A DNA stretch of 64,000 nucleotides from assembly GCA_002327905.1 (NCBI GenBank), contig DCUY01000067.1, positions 10,764-74,763 of the forward strand. The letters are read 5' to 3'. This DNA comes from a candidate division WOR-3 bacterium UBA2202. Its GTDB lineage: Bacteria; Hydrothermota; 32-111. Of the stretch, positions 10,199 to 20,371 are shown piece after piece. Position numbers and translations under genes: made by a program. Under the pieces are notes generated by a model. That model was given only the letters and a program-made list of their open reading frames with translations, did not search any database and was not told where the DNA came from. Position 1 is the first letter of the stretch; each line of letters opens with the position of its first letter.

Positions 10199-10617
10199 TC
10201 AATATAATTTATATTTTCTATTGTTGAATTTTGAATTTTCCACACACTGCCTTCCTTGAACATATAGTGAATCATTGTAGCTTCATTATCCTTGAATACT
10301 CCGCCTGATTTTCTTATTGTCTTTGTCTTCACTTTTATTTTTGCCGTATTGTCCGTTATCTCAAGCACTTCAATACTGAGTATTTCGGATTCCAAATCAT
10401 ACCCTTCAAACAATGTAGCGATAAGATTCTCTGTCGATTCGTACAGTCCGGACCCATCATTGTATATGGTGCTCATATACTGAGCGGCATCCTCTTTGTT
10501 CATTGCATCCATATTGGATATGATTGCGTTCTTAATTGACTGCTCTTCGGAATTTTCGGCGCACCCTGCAAGAATGACTGCGAGAAACATTAAAACAAAT
10601 AATAATTTCTTTCTCAT
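10195..10617 (-). CDS. Lipoprotein, NTF2/SnoaL-like fold suspected
   Basis: Signal peptide with a lipobox (LAGC). 140 aa. No catalytic motifs recognised. Confidence 0.45.
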   Translation of the reverse strand: MRKKLLFVLMFLAVILAGCAENSEEQSIKNAIISNMDAMNKEDAAQYMSTIYNDGSGLYESTENLIATLFEGYDLESEILSIEVLEITDNTAKIKVKTKTIRKSGGVFKDNEATMIHYMFKEGSVWKIQNSTIENINYID

Positions 10618-10629
10618 TTTCCCTCCTTT

Positions 10630-11838
10630 TTATATTTTAAAAATAAAATGAACCAGTATGGGGATTATCAGTATCGGCATAGAGGCGGGAATCAGAATCT
10701 TATATACTCTGCTCCATTCTGCGTGAAAATATTCCTTTGTAAGAGACAAGCAGAGATGGACTGGAGAAAGGAGCACGCCTGTAAATCCGGATGTGTAAAA
10801 AATCGCAAGCTTGGAAAAGTCAACAACTCCGTTTACTGATATGAATGCAACAAGTATTGGAAGAACTATTCCCACATACGCTTGATTTATTCCCGTCAGG
10901 AAACCGATTAAAAAGGGTATAAGTATGAGTATTGCATACATGGCGTAGCCTTCGCGAGGTATTAAACCGACTATTGCATTGAGGGATGAAGATTCATTAA
11001 GAAAATCCTTGAAGACCATCACTCCCACTATCAGAAGCATAGTATCCAATGAAAAACTCTTCCATAGAGACTTTAATTTCTCTTTTAATGATGTTCTCTG
11101 CAGAAGAAGATATGCAAACGCGACTGACATCACTATAACATCCTCTCTTATGGGAGTCGCGATAATGAGAATTATCATCAGGAGTATTGGAGAGACTGAC
11201 ATTGCCAGAGAAATTAGGCCTTTCCATGCATTCGGCTTGATAGTCTTATCTGTTTTGTTTTTAACTGAAGACAAGAAGACCATTCCTATCACTAATGCGA
11301 GAATTGTCAGATAGAATTGGTGAAACATAATGCTCTTTATGGATATCTGCAAAATAGAAGCAGTCAGAATCAATCCCGGATATAGAGGCCAAAAGTATTC
11401 CCATATATGCCTGAACCAGTAATTTATGAATGTCTTCTTTTCAGGAGAAAGATTCAGAGGTCCGCTCATTGATTCTATTATGGGAGCCGGAAGCATGGCT
11501 CCTCCGGGCATAGGCAGAAGGCCTATGAGCATCGGCGGAACAATTATCGCGTATTTGACATTTTTAAACAAGTGCGAGAGTCCAGCCACCATTCTGTCCA
11601 CCTGTCTCGCCTTCATCAAATATGAAAGAAGAAGAACACCGTAGACAATGACGGCTGTCTTTATTGTCATATAGGAAGAAAGGGACTTGGCCATCACGAC
11701 AGGTATGTCGTATTTTCTGCTGAAGAAGAGTAGCCCTATTGCAACTGATGCTGAAATCAGAGAGAGACCCATACTCACCTTGATCCTCAGCAGAAAGATT
11801 ATAAGAAGAATGACTGAAGCAAGTTTTAAAATAATCAT
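10630..11838 (-). CDS. Polytopic inner-membrane protein of unknown function (about 10-12 TM)
   Basis: 402 aa, highly hydrophobic throughout. Shares one nucleotide with the upstream SPFH gene, so the two are translationally coupled. Family not confidently recognised. Confidence 0.45.
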   Translation of the reverse strand: MIILKLASVILLIIFLLRIKVSMGLSLISASVAIGLLFFSRKYDIPVVMAKSLSSYMTIKTAVIVYGVLLLSYLMKARQVDRMVAGLSHLFKNVKYAIIVPPMLIGLLPMPGGAMLPAPIIESMSGPLNLSPEKKTFINYWFRHIWEYFWPLYPGLILTASILQISIKSIMFHQFYLTILALVIGMVFLSSVKNKTDKTIKPNAWKGLISLAMSVSPILLMIILIIATPIREDVIVMSVAFAYLLLQRTSLKEKLKSLWKSFSLDTMLLIVGVMVFKDFLNESSSLNAIVGLIPREGYAMYAILILIPFLIGFLTGINQAYVGIVLPILVAFISVNGVVDFSKLAIFYTSGFTGVLLSPVHLCLSLTKEYFHAEWSRVYKILIPASMPILIIPILVHFIFKI

Positions 11839-12743
11839 TACTGTCCGACATTGAGAAGAGGAGTCAGATTCTGGTCGAAAGGCATTATTACCACCTTTGT
11901 GTTATTTGAATTCAACACTTCCTTCAGATTCTGTATGTAGTACCACTGCAAATACTGTTTGTTTAGAGATTCGGATATTTTTTTCTGAGAGACTGCAATT
12001 CCCTCTGCTTCAATAAGTTTTCTCTCTTTCTCTCTCTGCTCCTTTTCTAAAACATAAACCATCTTCTGCGCATCCTGCTCCGCAGCTATTTTCTCGTCAA
12101 TCGCATTTTTTACCTTTTGAGGCAGATCTATATTCCTTAAAAGAACTTTATCGCATATAATGCCTTTTGCAGAAAAATTGTTATCCAGTTCTTCAAATAT
12201 GACATTGGTCAATTCCTCTCTCTTTAAAGAATATATTTCAGTCACATTGTACAGAACTGTGGCATTTCTTATGGCTGTCCTTATTGCCGGCCGCACAATC
12301 TTTTCCACATAATCCTGACCTATATTTTGGTAGACCTCGGCCGCTTTATCGCTTTTCAGCTGGTACCATACTGTTATATCAAGATTTATCTGAAGCCCGT
12401 CTTTTGTGAGGGATGTTATTCCATCATCTCCCTTTCTTACCCCCTCTTCCTGAGCCACTGACATTGTATAGTCTTGAGTCCTTACATTCATGGTCTTTAT
12501 CTCCACAAAAGGAAAGACAAAATGCAATCCGTTTGAAAGAACTTTTTTGTACACTCTGCCGAAAAGAACCTGCACACCCACTGACCCGGGCTGTACTATT
12601 CTGACAGTTGACGCAAGAAGCAATACTGCAATTATCACTGCCCCCCATGTCACCATCATTTTCTTGTTCATCGCAAATTTCGGATAATAGCGCGGAACCA
12701 AAACCAAGAGAGCTATTATTATAATTACTATCAGAAATCCCAT
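11838..12743 (-). CDS. SPFH/band-7 (prohibitin/HflC-like) membrane scaffold protein
   Basis: N-terminal TM helix followed by an SPFH core (GSVGVQVLFGRVYKKVLSNGLHFVFPFVEIKTMNVRTQ). C-terminal coiled coil rich in EQ and KER. Confidence 0.8.
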   Translation of the reverse strand: MGFLIVIIIIALLVLVPRYYPKFAMNKKMMVTWGAVIIAVLLLASTVRIVQPGSVGVQVLFGRVYKKVLSNGLHFVFPFVEIKTMNVRTQDYTMSVAQEEGVRKGDDGITSLTKDGLQINLDITVWYQLKSDKAAEVYQNIGQDYVEKIVRPAIRTAIRNATVLYNVTEIYSLKREELTNVIFEELDNNFSAKGIICDKVLLRNIDLPQKVKNAIDEKIAAEQDAQKMVYVLEKEQREKERKLIEAEGIAVSQKKISESLNKQYLQWYYIQNLKEVLNSNNTKVVIMPFDQNLTPLLNVGQ

Positions 12744-13349
12744 TTATTCCTCCTTGTTAAATTTTTTCAACACACAAGAAATATCATCGTACTTGAAGCC
12801 TTTTCTTGCAAAAAACGACACTCTCTTTTTTTCATCCGAATTCATAAACTTTTTTTTCAGCAATTCATTTATAATATCTCTCTCGTCATAGTCTTTCAGC
12901 CACTCCTCGATATTACGGATTTTCTCATCATCATTGAATTTCATTTTCATTTTGAAGAGTATTTCCATCTTTGAGTATTTTTTAGAATCGACGAGATATT
13001 CAAAATAATCCTTCATATATTTATCATCATTTAAGAAACCCATTTTTTTTATGTGCTCGATTAATTTTTTGGCGGCGGGTTTGTCCAGTTTTCTTTGATA
13101 CAATTTGTTATACAGCTCCTTCTCGGTATAATTTTTTTTTGAAAGAATATTCAGCAGATAATGTTTGTTTGATTCAAACAAATCCAGACTCTTTATTTTT
13201 TGAACAAATTCGTCGCTTATATCCATCCCATTAGTAATTTTCTCCTTCAGAAAGACATCTTCAAAGACGGAGAATGAGTATTCTCCGTCCAAAAAAATAT
13301 TTACTTTCAGCTTATTTTTCTTTGCTCTCTCTATTTTTGTTATCTTCAA
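12744..13349 (-). CDS. recX: RecA regulator RecX
   Basis: 201 aa basic helical protein. N-terminal [17 protein letters not shown] matches the RecX consensus. Lies directly downstream of recA. Confidence 0.6.
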   Translation of the reverse strand: MKITKIERAKKNKLKVNIFLDGEYSFSVFEDVFLKEKITNGMDISDEFVQKIKSLDLFESNKHYLLNILSKKNYTEKELYNKLYQRKLDKPAAKKLIEHIKKMGFLNDDKYMKDYFEYLVDSKKYSKMEILFKMKMKFNDDEKIRNIEEWLKDYDERDIINELLKKKFMNSDEKKRVSFFARKGFKYDDISCVLKKFNKEE

Positions 13350-14337
13350 TTGCTATTCCCATTGCTTTTCTTATTTTTCCTTCAATCTCATCAGCAACAT
13401 CTTTATTCTCTTTTAGAAACAGTCGGATATTCTCTCTTCCCTGTCCGAGCTTGTTGTTACCGTATGCATACCATGCTCCTGTCTTTTCAATTATATTTAA
13501 ATTGGAAGCCATATCCACAATTTCACCCTCTCTTGAGACTCCCTCTCCAAAATAAATAGAGACCTGAGCGCGCTTGAACGGCGGAGCGACTTTATTCTTT
13601 ACTACTTTGACCTCAATGATGTTTCCTATCTCTTCCTCTCCTGATTTAATTGATGTCACTCTCCTCACTTCCATTCTTATTGAAGAGTGGAATTTCAATG
13701 CAAGACCACCGGGAGTTGTCATAGGATTTCCGAATATGACTCCGATTTTGTATCTTATCTGATTTATAAAGACCACAGATGTCTTTGATCTGTTTATTAC
13801 TGCCGTCAGTTTTCTTAAGGCCTGCGACATGAGTCTCGCCTGAAGCCCCATGTGCGAATCTCCCATGTCTCCTTCTATTTCGGCCTTCGGAGTCAAAGCG
13901 GCGACAGAGTCGATGACAACAATATCCACACTGCCGCTTCTTACAAGCATTTCAGTAATCTCCAGAGCCTGCTCCCCTGTATCCGGCTGTGAAATATAAA
14001 GATTGTCAATGTCAACTCCGAGTTTCTGCGCATACTGCGGGTCAAGAGCATGTTCGGCATCAATGTATGCGGCTATGCCTCCGGCTTTCTGCGCCTGAGC
14101 GGCTATCTGAAGAGCGAGAGTTGTTTTTCCGCTTGCTTCAGCTCCGTAGATTTCCACAATTCTTCCCCTCGGAACTCCGCCGATGCCTAATGCCGCGTCA
14201 ATCGCAATAGAACCTGTGGAGATAATGTCTCCCGCCACATTCGGCCTCTCCCCCAATCTCATTACAGATCCTTTGCCATATTCTTTCTCGATCTGTTTGA
14301 GAGTGATTTCAAGTGATTTCATTTTGTTGTTATCCAT
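13312..14337 (-). CDS. recA: Recombinase RecA
   Basis: Walker [18 protein letters not shown]2 loop region [16 protein letters not shown], and overall RecA length and architecture. Confidence 0.95.
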   Translation of the reverse strand: MDNNKMKSLEITLKQIEKEYGKGSVMRLGERPNVAGDIISTGSIAIDAALGIGGVPRGRIVEIYGAEASGKTTLALQIAAQAQKAGGIAAYIDAEHALDPQYAQKLGVDIDNLYISQPDTGEQALEITEMLVRSGSVDIVVIDSVAALTPKAEIEGDMGDSHMGLQARLMSQALRKLTAVINRSKTSVVFINQIRYKIGVIFGNPMTTPGGLALKFHSSIRMEVRRVTSIKSGEEEIGNIIEVKVVKNKVAPPFKRAQVSIYFGEGVSREGEIVDMASNLNIIEKTGAWYAYGNNKLGQGRENIRLFLKENKDVADEIEGKIRKAMGIAIEDNKNRESKEK

Positions 14338-14904
14338 CTATACCTCCTGATTTTTTTCGAATAAAGAAACATACTGCGGCCCGTTCTCTGAAAACCGCGA
14401 CTCATAAAGAGTTATTGAAGATATTTTATAAATCACAGAACCCGAGGAATCCGCTCTGCCTGAAACATACTCCTTCAAGGCGGATCCGCTCTCCTCATCC
14501 TTGATTCTTGCTATTGTTATATGAGGATTAAAGACTTTTCTGTCAAAATCTATATTTTTGTCTACAAGCCTTCCCCTTATGTCATTTGCCGTCTTCGCCA
14601 GTTCTTCCGTATTCACCAGAGCATAATAGAGAATTGAAGGAATATTATTCCTTGAAAAGAATGACATTCTGTCTCCGCGCACAGAAGATATTCCGAACGG
14701 CTGAGCCCTTATAATGCCTTCAAGGTTCGGAATCATTCTGTCCTCAACCTGCCCCAAGAATGCAATGGTTATATGCATGTTTTCAGGCTTCACCCAGCTG
14801 ATGCCCTGAAGCTGAAGATTGTTTTTCATTTTATGTTGCATCACCAAAAGTTCGTTTCTCAAATCTGTCGGAAGTTTGTATGCAATAAACAGACGTCTAC
14901 TCAT
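14338..14904 (-). CDS. thpR: RNA 2',3'-cyclic phosphodiesterase (2'-5' RNA ligase family)
   Basis: Two H-x-T-x motifs (HITIAFLG and HITIARI) in a 188 aa protein. Confidence 0.8.
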   Translation of the reverse strand: MSRRLFIAYKLPTDLRNELLVMQHKMKNNLQLQGISWVKPENMHITIAFLGQVEDRMIPNLEGIIRAQPFGISSVRGDRMSFFSRNNIPSILYYALVNTEELAKTANDIRGRLVDKNIDFDRKVFNPHITIARIKDEESGSALKEYVSGRADSSGSVIYKISSITLYESRFSENGPQYVSLFEKNQEV

Positions 14905-16090
14905 GTTGTACTCTCCTTAATAGGTTATATAAGGCTATTCCTGCGCTCTTCTCTCTGACAGAGTTCCTGTCTCCGGAGAATTCTTTTTTTACAGTCACAA
15001 TCTTTTCTTTATAGCAGGTCGAAATATATACAAGTCCTGTGCGCTTTTCTTTTGTCTCTCCATTTGGTCCTGCAATTCCTGTGACGGAGATTGATGCGTC
15101 AGTATTGAAGACACGGGTGACATTCATCGCCATTCTCTCTGAGACCTCTCTGCTCACTGCACCGTATTTTATAATGACCTTATCCTCAATCTTAAGAATC
15201 TTCTCTTTAATTTCATTTGAATAGGCTATAATTCCTCCTTTGAACACTCTGCTGCTTCCCGGAATATCTGTGAGCATTTTGCCTATCATGCCTCCGGTGC
15301 AGGATTCTGCAAGAGAGAGGGTCAATCTTTTTAATAAAAGAAGCTTCAGTAATTCCTCTTCAATTTTACAGCCGTACGGTATTACATTTTTCTCCGCAAA
15401 TTTTTCCTTTGCATATTCTATTAACTTCTTTTCTTTTGAAACGAGTGTGACACTTCCGTACGAAGGAAGGAAAGCAATTTTATCAATGTCAGTCTTAGTA
15501 AATTTTTCCGAAAGAGCGAGAAATATTTGCGACTCATACATGTCAAAGAGCTTCACTCTGTATTCCGCCTTTTTTCCTCTCAATCGCAGATTTTTCGAAA
15601 GTCTGTTCTTCATAATCCAGTCCGCCTCTTCAGGCACTCCGGGGAGAAGATAAATATCCGTGTTTTTCTCCTTGACAAACTGACATTGCGCAGTTCCTGA
15701 CAAATTCTCAATTATCACTGCTCCTTCAATTTTCTGAGATTGATGCGAAAGAAGATAATCCGATTTATTTTTCATTCTTCTCTCCGCAATTTTTCTCAAA
15801 CCGGGGTCATCCACAATTTTTCTTTTTAATGCCTTTGCAGTCCCTGCAATTGTCCTGTCGTCCGGAGTCGGGCCCAATCCTCCTGTCACGATTATCACAT
15901 TGGCTTTACAGATAAGCAATTTTAATGCTTCGGAAATCTCCTCTTCATTATCTCCGACCGAAATCTCCATTGAAACACGATAACCCATTTCAGTCAGCAT
16001 GCGCCCTATTGATGAAGCATTTGTATTTACAGTCATTCCTTTTAGAAGCTCATCTCCAACAGAGAGTATTGCGGCATTCAAAGTATCCAT
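14897..16090 (-). CDS. cinA: CinA family protein (MocF-like N domain + nicotinamide-nucleotide amidohydrolase PncC C domain)
   Basis: N-terminal AAILSVGDELLKG...IIVTGGLGPTPDD and C-terminal LSLAESCTGGMIGKMLTDIPGSS. Classical cinA-recA linkage. Confidence 0.85.
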   Translation of the reverse strand: MDTLNAAILSVGDELLKGMTVNTNASSIGRMLTEMGYRVSMEISVGDNEEEISEALKLLICKANVIIVTGGLGPTPDDRTIAGTAKALKRKIVDDPGLRKIAERRMKNKSDYLLSHQSQKIEGAVIIENLSGTAQCQFVKEKNTDIYLLPGVPEEADWIMKNRLSKNLRLRGKKAEYRVKLFDMYESQIFLALSEKFTKTDIDKIAFLPSYGSVTLVSKEKKLIEYAKEKFAEKNVIPYGCKIEEELLKLLLLKRLTLSLAESCTGGMIGKMLTDIPGSSRVFKGGIIAYSNEIKEKILKIEDKVIIKYGAVSREVSERMAMNVTRVFNTDASISVTGIAGPNGETKEKRTGLVYISTCYKEKIVTVKKEFSGDRNSVREKSAGIALYNLLRRVQHE

Positions 16091-16518
16091 ATTACAATCC
16101 TCAAAAGGGCATTTGCGGCAATTCCCGAGATAATGTCATCCATTATGATCCCTGCAGTCCCTTTAATGTTCTCTGATTTTCTTATGAAGAGAGGTTTCGC
16201 AATGTCCATATATCTGAAAAGAATAAACGCAGAGGCGAATATAAAAACCGAATGGGGCAAAAATAAAAGCGAAACAATCATTCCAATAAGCTCGTCCGCC
16301 ACAATTTTAGAATCATCTCCTTTGAAAGAACCCGCATACTCTATCGAAATGGAAGACAGAAGCAGAACATTTGAAAAGATCAGAAACATCTGAATATCGC
16401 CAAACCTCATAAAATAAGCAATGAGGCAGAAAAGGAGGGATACTATGGTTCCGCCGCCCTTAATATTGCCAATATAAAAACATGAAGCGATAATGTGATA
16501 TATTTTTTTAAAAATCAT
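16078..16518 (-). CDS. pgpA: Phosphatidylglycerophosphatase A
   Basis: 146 aa membrane protein. The N-terminal FYIGNIKGGGTIVSLL matches the PgpA family. Confidence 0.75.
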   Translation of the reverse strand: MIFKKIYHIIASCFYIGNIKGGGTIVSLLFCLIAYFMRFGDIQMFLIFSNVLLLSSISIEYAGSFKGDDSKIVADELIGMIVSLLFLPHSVFIFASAFILFRYMDIAKPLFIRKSENIKGTAGIIMDDIISGIAANALLRIVIWIL

Positions 16519-17246
16519 TTATACATCTCTGGAATTCTCTTCAATTCCCTGATGTCCTCTATCGAAAACAGATTTAAGTGGTTGAGAATGATTATTATCT
16601 TTTTTATTTTTCCATCTTTTATTCCTATTCCGGATACAAATGAAAGCAATTTTTCAGGAAGAAACGGCGGAATCTGTTTTATGTCAGTCTCTTTGAAGCG
16701 AGCAATTCCGACAAGATAATCCACATAGATTCCAACTCTGAGATCATCAATCTGAAGAATTATTATTGAACCGTCTTCTTTGCGGTCGTCTTTCATGCCG
16801 AATTTTTTTCTGAAATCAACAAGAGGAATAACTCCGTCCTTCATATTTGTTATTCCGAAAAACAGGTCGCTCTTCACTCCGACATCCAATGGCTTCTTAT
16901 ATTTTATTATCTGCCTCACAAAATCACTGTCAATTGCATATTCTTCATTCTTAAGAAGAAATGTCACAAACTCTTTTACCGAATCAGCATCCTCTTTTTT
17001 TTCTTGAGACTGATTCATGCGCCGAATATCGGCAATTTCAGATTTTACCTGCGACATTTCAATTTTCTTTTCTGCCTTCACCGGCTCCTTATGCTCAAGA
17101 TGCTCTGATTTCTCCTGTTTGGAAGCAATTTCAGGTTTGGACAGTTTCACTAAAGGTCCCTTTTCTTCAGACTTTTTAGGCTTGATCTTCTTGTCCGGTT
17201 TATCGTTCTGAAGAATATCCTGAAGGTCAATTTTCTTTTTCATCAT
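16515..17246 (-). CDS. CheW-like coupling protein with a Lys/Glu-rich N-terminal extension
   Basis: C-terminal CheW domain (EYAIDSDFVRQII...GVIPLVDFRKKFG...IIILQIDDLRVGIYVDYLVGIARF). The first ~90 aa are a K/E-rich low-complexity region. Confidence 0.75.
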   Translation of the reverse strand: MMKKKIDLQDILQNDKPDKKIKPKKSEEKGPLVKLSKPEIASKQEKSEHLEHKEPVKAEKKIEMSQVKSEIADIRRMNQSQEKKEDADSVKEFVTFLLKNEEYAIDSDFVRQIIKYKKPLDVGVKSDLFFGITNMKDGVIPLVDFRKKFGMKDDRKEDGSIIILQIDDLRVGIYVDYLVGIARFKETDIKQIPPFLPEKLLSFVSGIGIKDGKIKKIIIILNHLNLFSIEDIRELKRIPEMYK

Positions 17247-18072
17247 TTTCTCCGGTTAATTCTTTTAGCTTTTCTTCCGCTTTCTGAGCCCATCTGTTGT
17301 ATCTGTTCTTCTTTATAAGGTCATTAAGGGTCTTTATGCCCTTGTTTTCAAGGCCCGATTCAAAGAATGCTATTCCGAGATAATAATACGCCTCCATATG
17401 ATTGGGTCCGAGCTCAATGGTCTTGCGGAAGAATTTTATCGCGTCATCATACATCTCCCTGTCTCTATAAATAAGTCCAAGGTAAAAATTTGCATATATC
17501 AGCGACATTTTATCGTCAGTAGTCTTTAATACTGAAGTAAGATGCTCAATAGCCTCTCCAAATATTCCTTTTTTGAAACACACATATCCCAGATTGTTTT
17601 TTGCTATTGCATTATCAGGGTCAATCTGAAGAACCTTCTGAAATATTGACATCGCATCATCATACCTCTCCTTGTGAAGATATGCCCATCCCAAAAGCCC
17701 GAGAGATTTCACATCATTCGGGGCAAGACTCATTGCTTTTTCAAGTATTTCGACAGCATCATCATACTGCTCGTCAACCATGAAATTCCATCCCTTGTCT
17801 ATATATGTTGTCAAATCAACAGGAGAAATTTTCATTGACTGCACAAATGACTGCAGGCCCTCTTTGTTTATATTCGGATTCTTTATTCTCTTTGCCAGCT
17901 GTTTTATCCTCCCGTCAGCATGTTTTATAAAAGCATTCATTGATAAAATCTGCTTATAGACTTCCATAAGCTCGTTTTTTATATGCTCCTCTCCGTATTT
18001 TCCGGTATCAATTACACTCTCTATTCTGTCGAGATGAGCATCAATTTCCTTTTTTGCATCAGTCCATTTCAT
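17227..18072 (-). CDS. TPR repeat protein
   Basis: Multiple 34-aa repeats of the W-LG-Y / A---F---L---P-N type (LGWAYLHKERYDDAMSIFQKVLQIDPDN and others). Confidence 0.7.
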   Translation of the reverse strand: MKWTDAKKEIDAHLDRIESVIDTGKYGEEHIKNELMEVYKQILSMNAFIKHADGRIKQLAKRIKNPNINKEGLQSFVQSMKISPVDLTTYIDKGWNFMVDEQYDDAVEILEKAMSLAPNDVKSLGLLGWAYLHKERYDDAMSIFQKVLQIDPDNAIAKNNLGYVCFKKGIFGEAIEHLTSVLKTTDDKMSLIYANFYLGLIYRDREMYDDAIKFFRKTIELGPNHMEAYYYLGIAFFESGLENKGIKTLNDLIKKNRYNRWAQKAEEKLKELTGENDEKEN

Positions 18073-19102
18073 CTGTCAGCTCCTCTATCTTTTCAGAGAT
18101 TCTGTCTTTGTCCATTATAAAATCGACACTTCCCGTATCAATTGCGGCTTTCGGCATACCGAAGACTACTGATGAATCTTTTGATTCCGCTATGTTTGTT
18201 CCGCCCATTTTTTTTATTATGAAGACTCCTTCAGAGCCGTCCTTCCCCATTCCTGTCAAAATGACTCCTATAATTCTTTTTCTGAAGTATCTCACTGCGG
18301 AGAGCATCATTATGTCAGCCGCAGGTTTGACGGAATGGTACGGAGGGTCATCCGACAAATGTACAATTCCGCTTTCATCAAAAATCATGTGTTTGCCGCC
18401 CTGAGCGATAATACAGTCTCCGTTTTTCAAGCCGCAGTTTTCGTATGCTTCAAAAACATTCAAACCCGACATGGTGTTCAGTCTCTCGGAAAATGATTTT
18501 GTGAAACCGGCAGGCATGTGCTGGACAACTGCGACAGCAGCGTTCAGCTCCGGCTTTATGCGCGGTATTATCTCCATAAGGGATTTCGGTCCGCCCGTTG
18601 AAGATGCTACAGCGACAAGATTGACTGCATTTGTCTCCTGCTTTGCCTTGCCGCCCACCCTCTCGGCTACTGCAGAAGAAGATTGAAATAGTCTGCTGAT
18701 ATTTGATTTCAAAGCGCATTGCATTTTTTGAAGTATTTCATCCCTCTTCTCCGTGATGTCCAAAGATATTGAACCTGACGGTTTTTCCACTATATCAAAT
18801 GCTCCGAATTCAAGAGCTTTAAGAGCTATCTTGGAGCCTGCTTTTGAATACGCGCTCACTATGATTACAGGTACGGGCTTTATACGTAGAATCTGCTGAA
18901 GACTTATCAGTCCGTTTATCTTCGGCATTTCAATGTCAAGTGTCACAATATCAGGATCAAGAATCCTGAATTTTTCTATCGCCTCCGCTCCGTCTGCCGC
19001 TTCGCCCACTACCATGAATGCCTTGTCTGAATTGATTATGTCCTTCAATATCTGCCGCATCAACAATGAATCATCAACGACAAGAACTCTGTTGATTTTC
19101 AA
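18059..19102 (-). CDS. cheB: Chemotaxis response regulator protein-glutamate methylesterase
   Basis: N-terminal receiver (VLVVDDSLLMRQ...DIVTLDIEMPKINGL) and C-terminal methylesterase (VAVASSTGGPKSL...GMPKAAIDTG). Confidence 0.9.
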   Translation of the reverse strand: MKINRVLVVDDSLLMRQILKDIINSDKAFMVVGEAADGAEAIEKFRILDPDIVTLDIEMPKINGLISLQQILRIKPVPVIIVSAYSKAGSKIALKALEFGAFDIVEKPSGSISLDITEKRDEILQKMQCALKSNISRLFQSSSAVAERVGGKAKQETNAVNLVAVASSTGGPKSLMEIIPRIKPELNAAVAVVQHMPAGFTKSFSERLNTMSGLNVFEAYENCGLKNGDCIIAQGGKHMIFDESGIVHLSDDPPYHSVKPAADIMMLSAVRYFRKRIIGVILTGMGKDGSEGVFIIKKMGGTNIAESKDSSVVFGMPKAAIDTGSVDFIMDKDRISEKIEELTDEMD

Positions 19103-19578
19103 TATTGAATCTCCCCGAGTTTATATGATGTCACTTTAATCTTTCCTGTCTTAATTGTGAATTCGACCGACCTGCTGTAATCGCTCCCCGTGTCCTCAGC
19201 TGTCACAGGTATTCTGTTCTCTCTCAGCATTTTTTTTGCCATTTCAATATTTCTGTATCCTATTGATTCTTCAACATTTTTTATAAAAATGGAGAACATG
19301 TTGGCCCCTCCGACTACTTTTGCCTCCATTCTGTATTTTCTTGCTCCAAGCTGTTCCATCTCCATAATTAGATTGGACAGGCCAGTGTCGCAGTATTTGT
19401 ACGGATTAAAGAAAGCCTTGGAAAATACTTTGCTCGGCAGCATAAAATGTATCATTCCTCCTATTTTTTTTTCTCTGTCAAAGAGAGTTACCGCAACGCA
19501 GGAGCCGAGTCCTATCGTTTTAAGCACATCCTCTTCAAATGCTACATTGGCGTCAGCTATTCTGATGTTAATAATCAA
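19099..19578 (-). CDS. cheD: Chemoreceptor glutamine deamidase CheD
   Basis: 159 aa. The GLGSCVAVTLFD...GGMIHFMLPS signature matches CheD. Confidence 0.85.
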   Translation of the reverse strand: MIINIRIADANVAFEEDVLKTIGLGSCVAVTLFDREKKIGGMIHFMLPSKVFSKAFFNPYKYCDTGLSNLIMEMEQLGARKYRMEAKVVGGANMFSIFIKNVEESIGYRNIEMAKKMLRENRIPVTAEDTGSDYSRSVEFTIKTGKIKVTSYKLGEIQY

Positions 19579-20371
19579 TTTTTCTAAAGACCCTTTCCTT
19601 TCTGTTTATTGTTTCAAACATGTCTTTTACATAGCCCGTAAGAATTTCGACTTTTCCGAGGACAAGATATCCGTTCTGCTTCAATATTTTATGAAAGTTT
19701 GATATAATGCTCTCCTGAAAATCCTTTGAAAAATATATCAGAATGTTTCTGCATATTATCAAATCAAATTTCCCCATTGTAAGAAGGGAGTCGCTCTCCT
19801 TTATATCCATAATTATAAAATCCACATTTCTCTTTATATCTTCATCAAGAATGTAATGCTGTCCGCTCTTCTTAAAGTATCTCGCCACCTCAGAATGCTT
19901 CAGCTCCATAAAAGAGTAATCGCTGTAAATTCCTATTTTTGCCTTTTCAATGGCGTCTGCGTCAACATCTATCCCCACTATTTCATAATCTCCGTCAGAG
20001 TTTCTGAAAAAATTCTTCAGTATCATTGAAAGAGTATACGGCTCTTCTCCTGTGGAGCATCCTGCGCTTAAAATGCGCACCTTCTGATTTTTCCGCACAA
20101 TGTCTTTGAATATTACATCTCCAAGAAAATCAAATGTCTCTCTGTTTCTGAAAAATCTCGTCACATTTATTGTAAGAGTGTCTTTCAGCTTCATCATCTC
20201 AGCTTGATTGTACCGGAGATATTCAAGATACTCTCTGTAGCTCTTCTGGTCAGTATATCTCATTCTGACAGCTATTCTTCTCTTGAACGGCCTCTCTTTG
20301 TATAGGTTTCCGTCTATGCTGATATGCTTCTTTATATAATCAATAAGAAACTGATAATCATTGTCAACCAT
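19568..20371 (-). CDS. cheR: Chemotaxis protein methyltransferase CheR
   Basis: TRFFRNRETFDFL N-terminal helical domain, and the SAM-binding motif VRILSAGCSTGEEPYTLSMIL. Confidence 0.9.
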   Translation of the reverse strand: MVDNDYQFLIDYIKKHISIDGNLYKERPFKRRIAVRMRYTDQKSYREYLEYLRYNQAEMMKLKDTLTINVTRFFRNRETFDFLGDVIFKDIVRKNQKVRILSAGCSTGEEPYTLSMILKNFFRNSDGDYEIVGIDVDADAIEKAKIGIYSDYSFMELKHSEVARYFKKSGQHYILDEDIKRNVDFIIMDIKESDSLLTMGKFDLIICRNILIYFSKDFQESIISNFHKILKQNGYLVLGKVEILTGYVKDMFETINRKERVFRKIDY

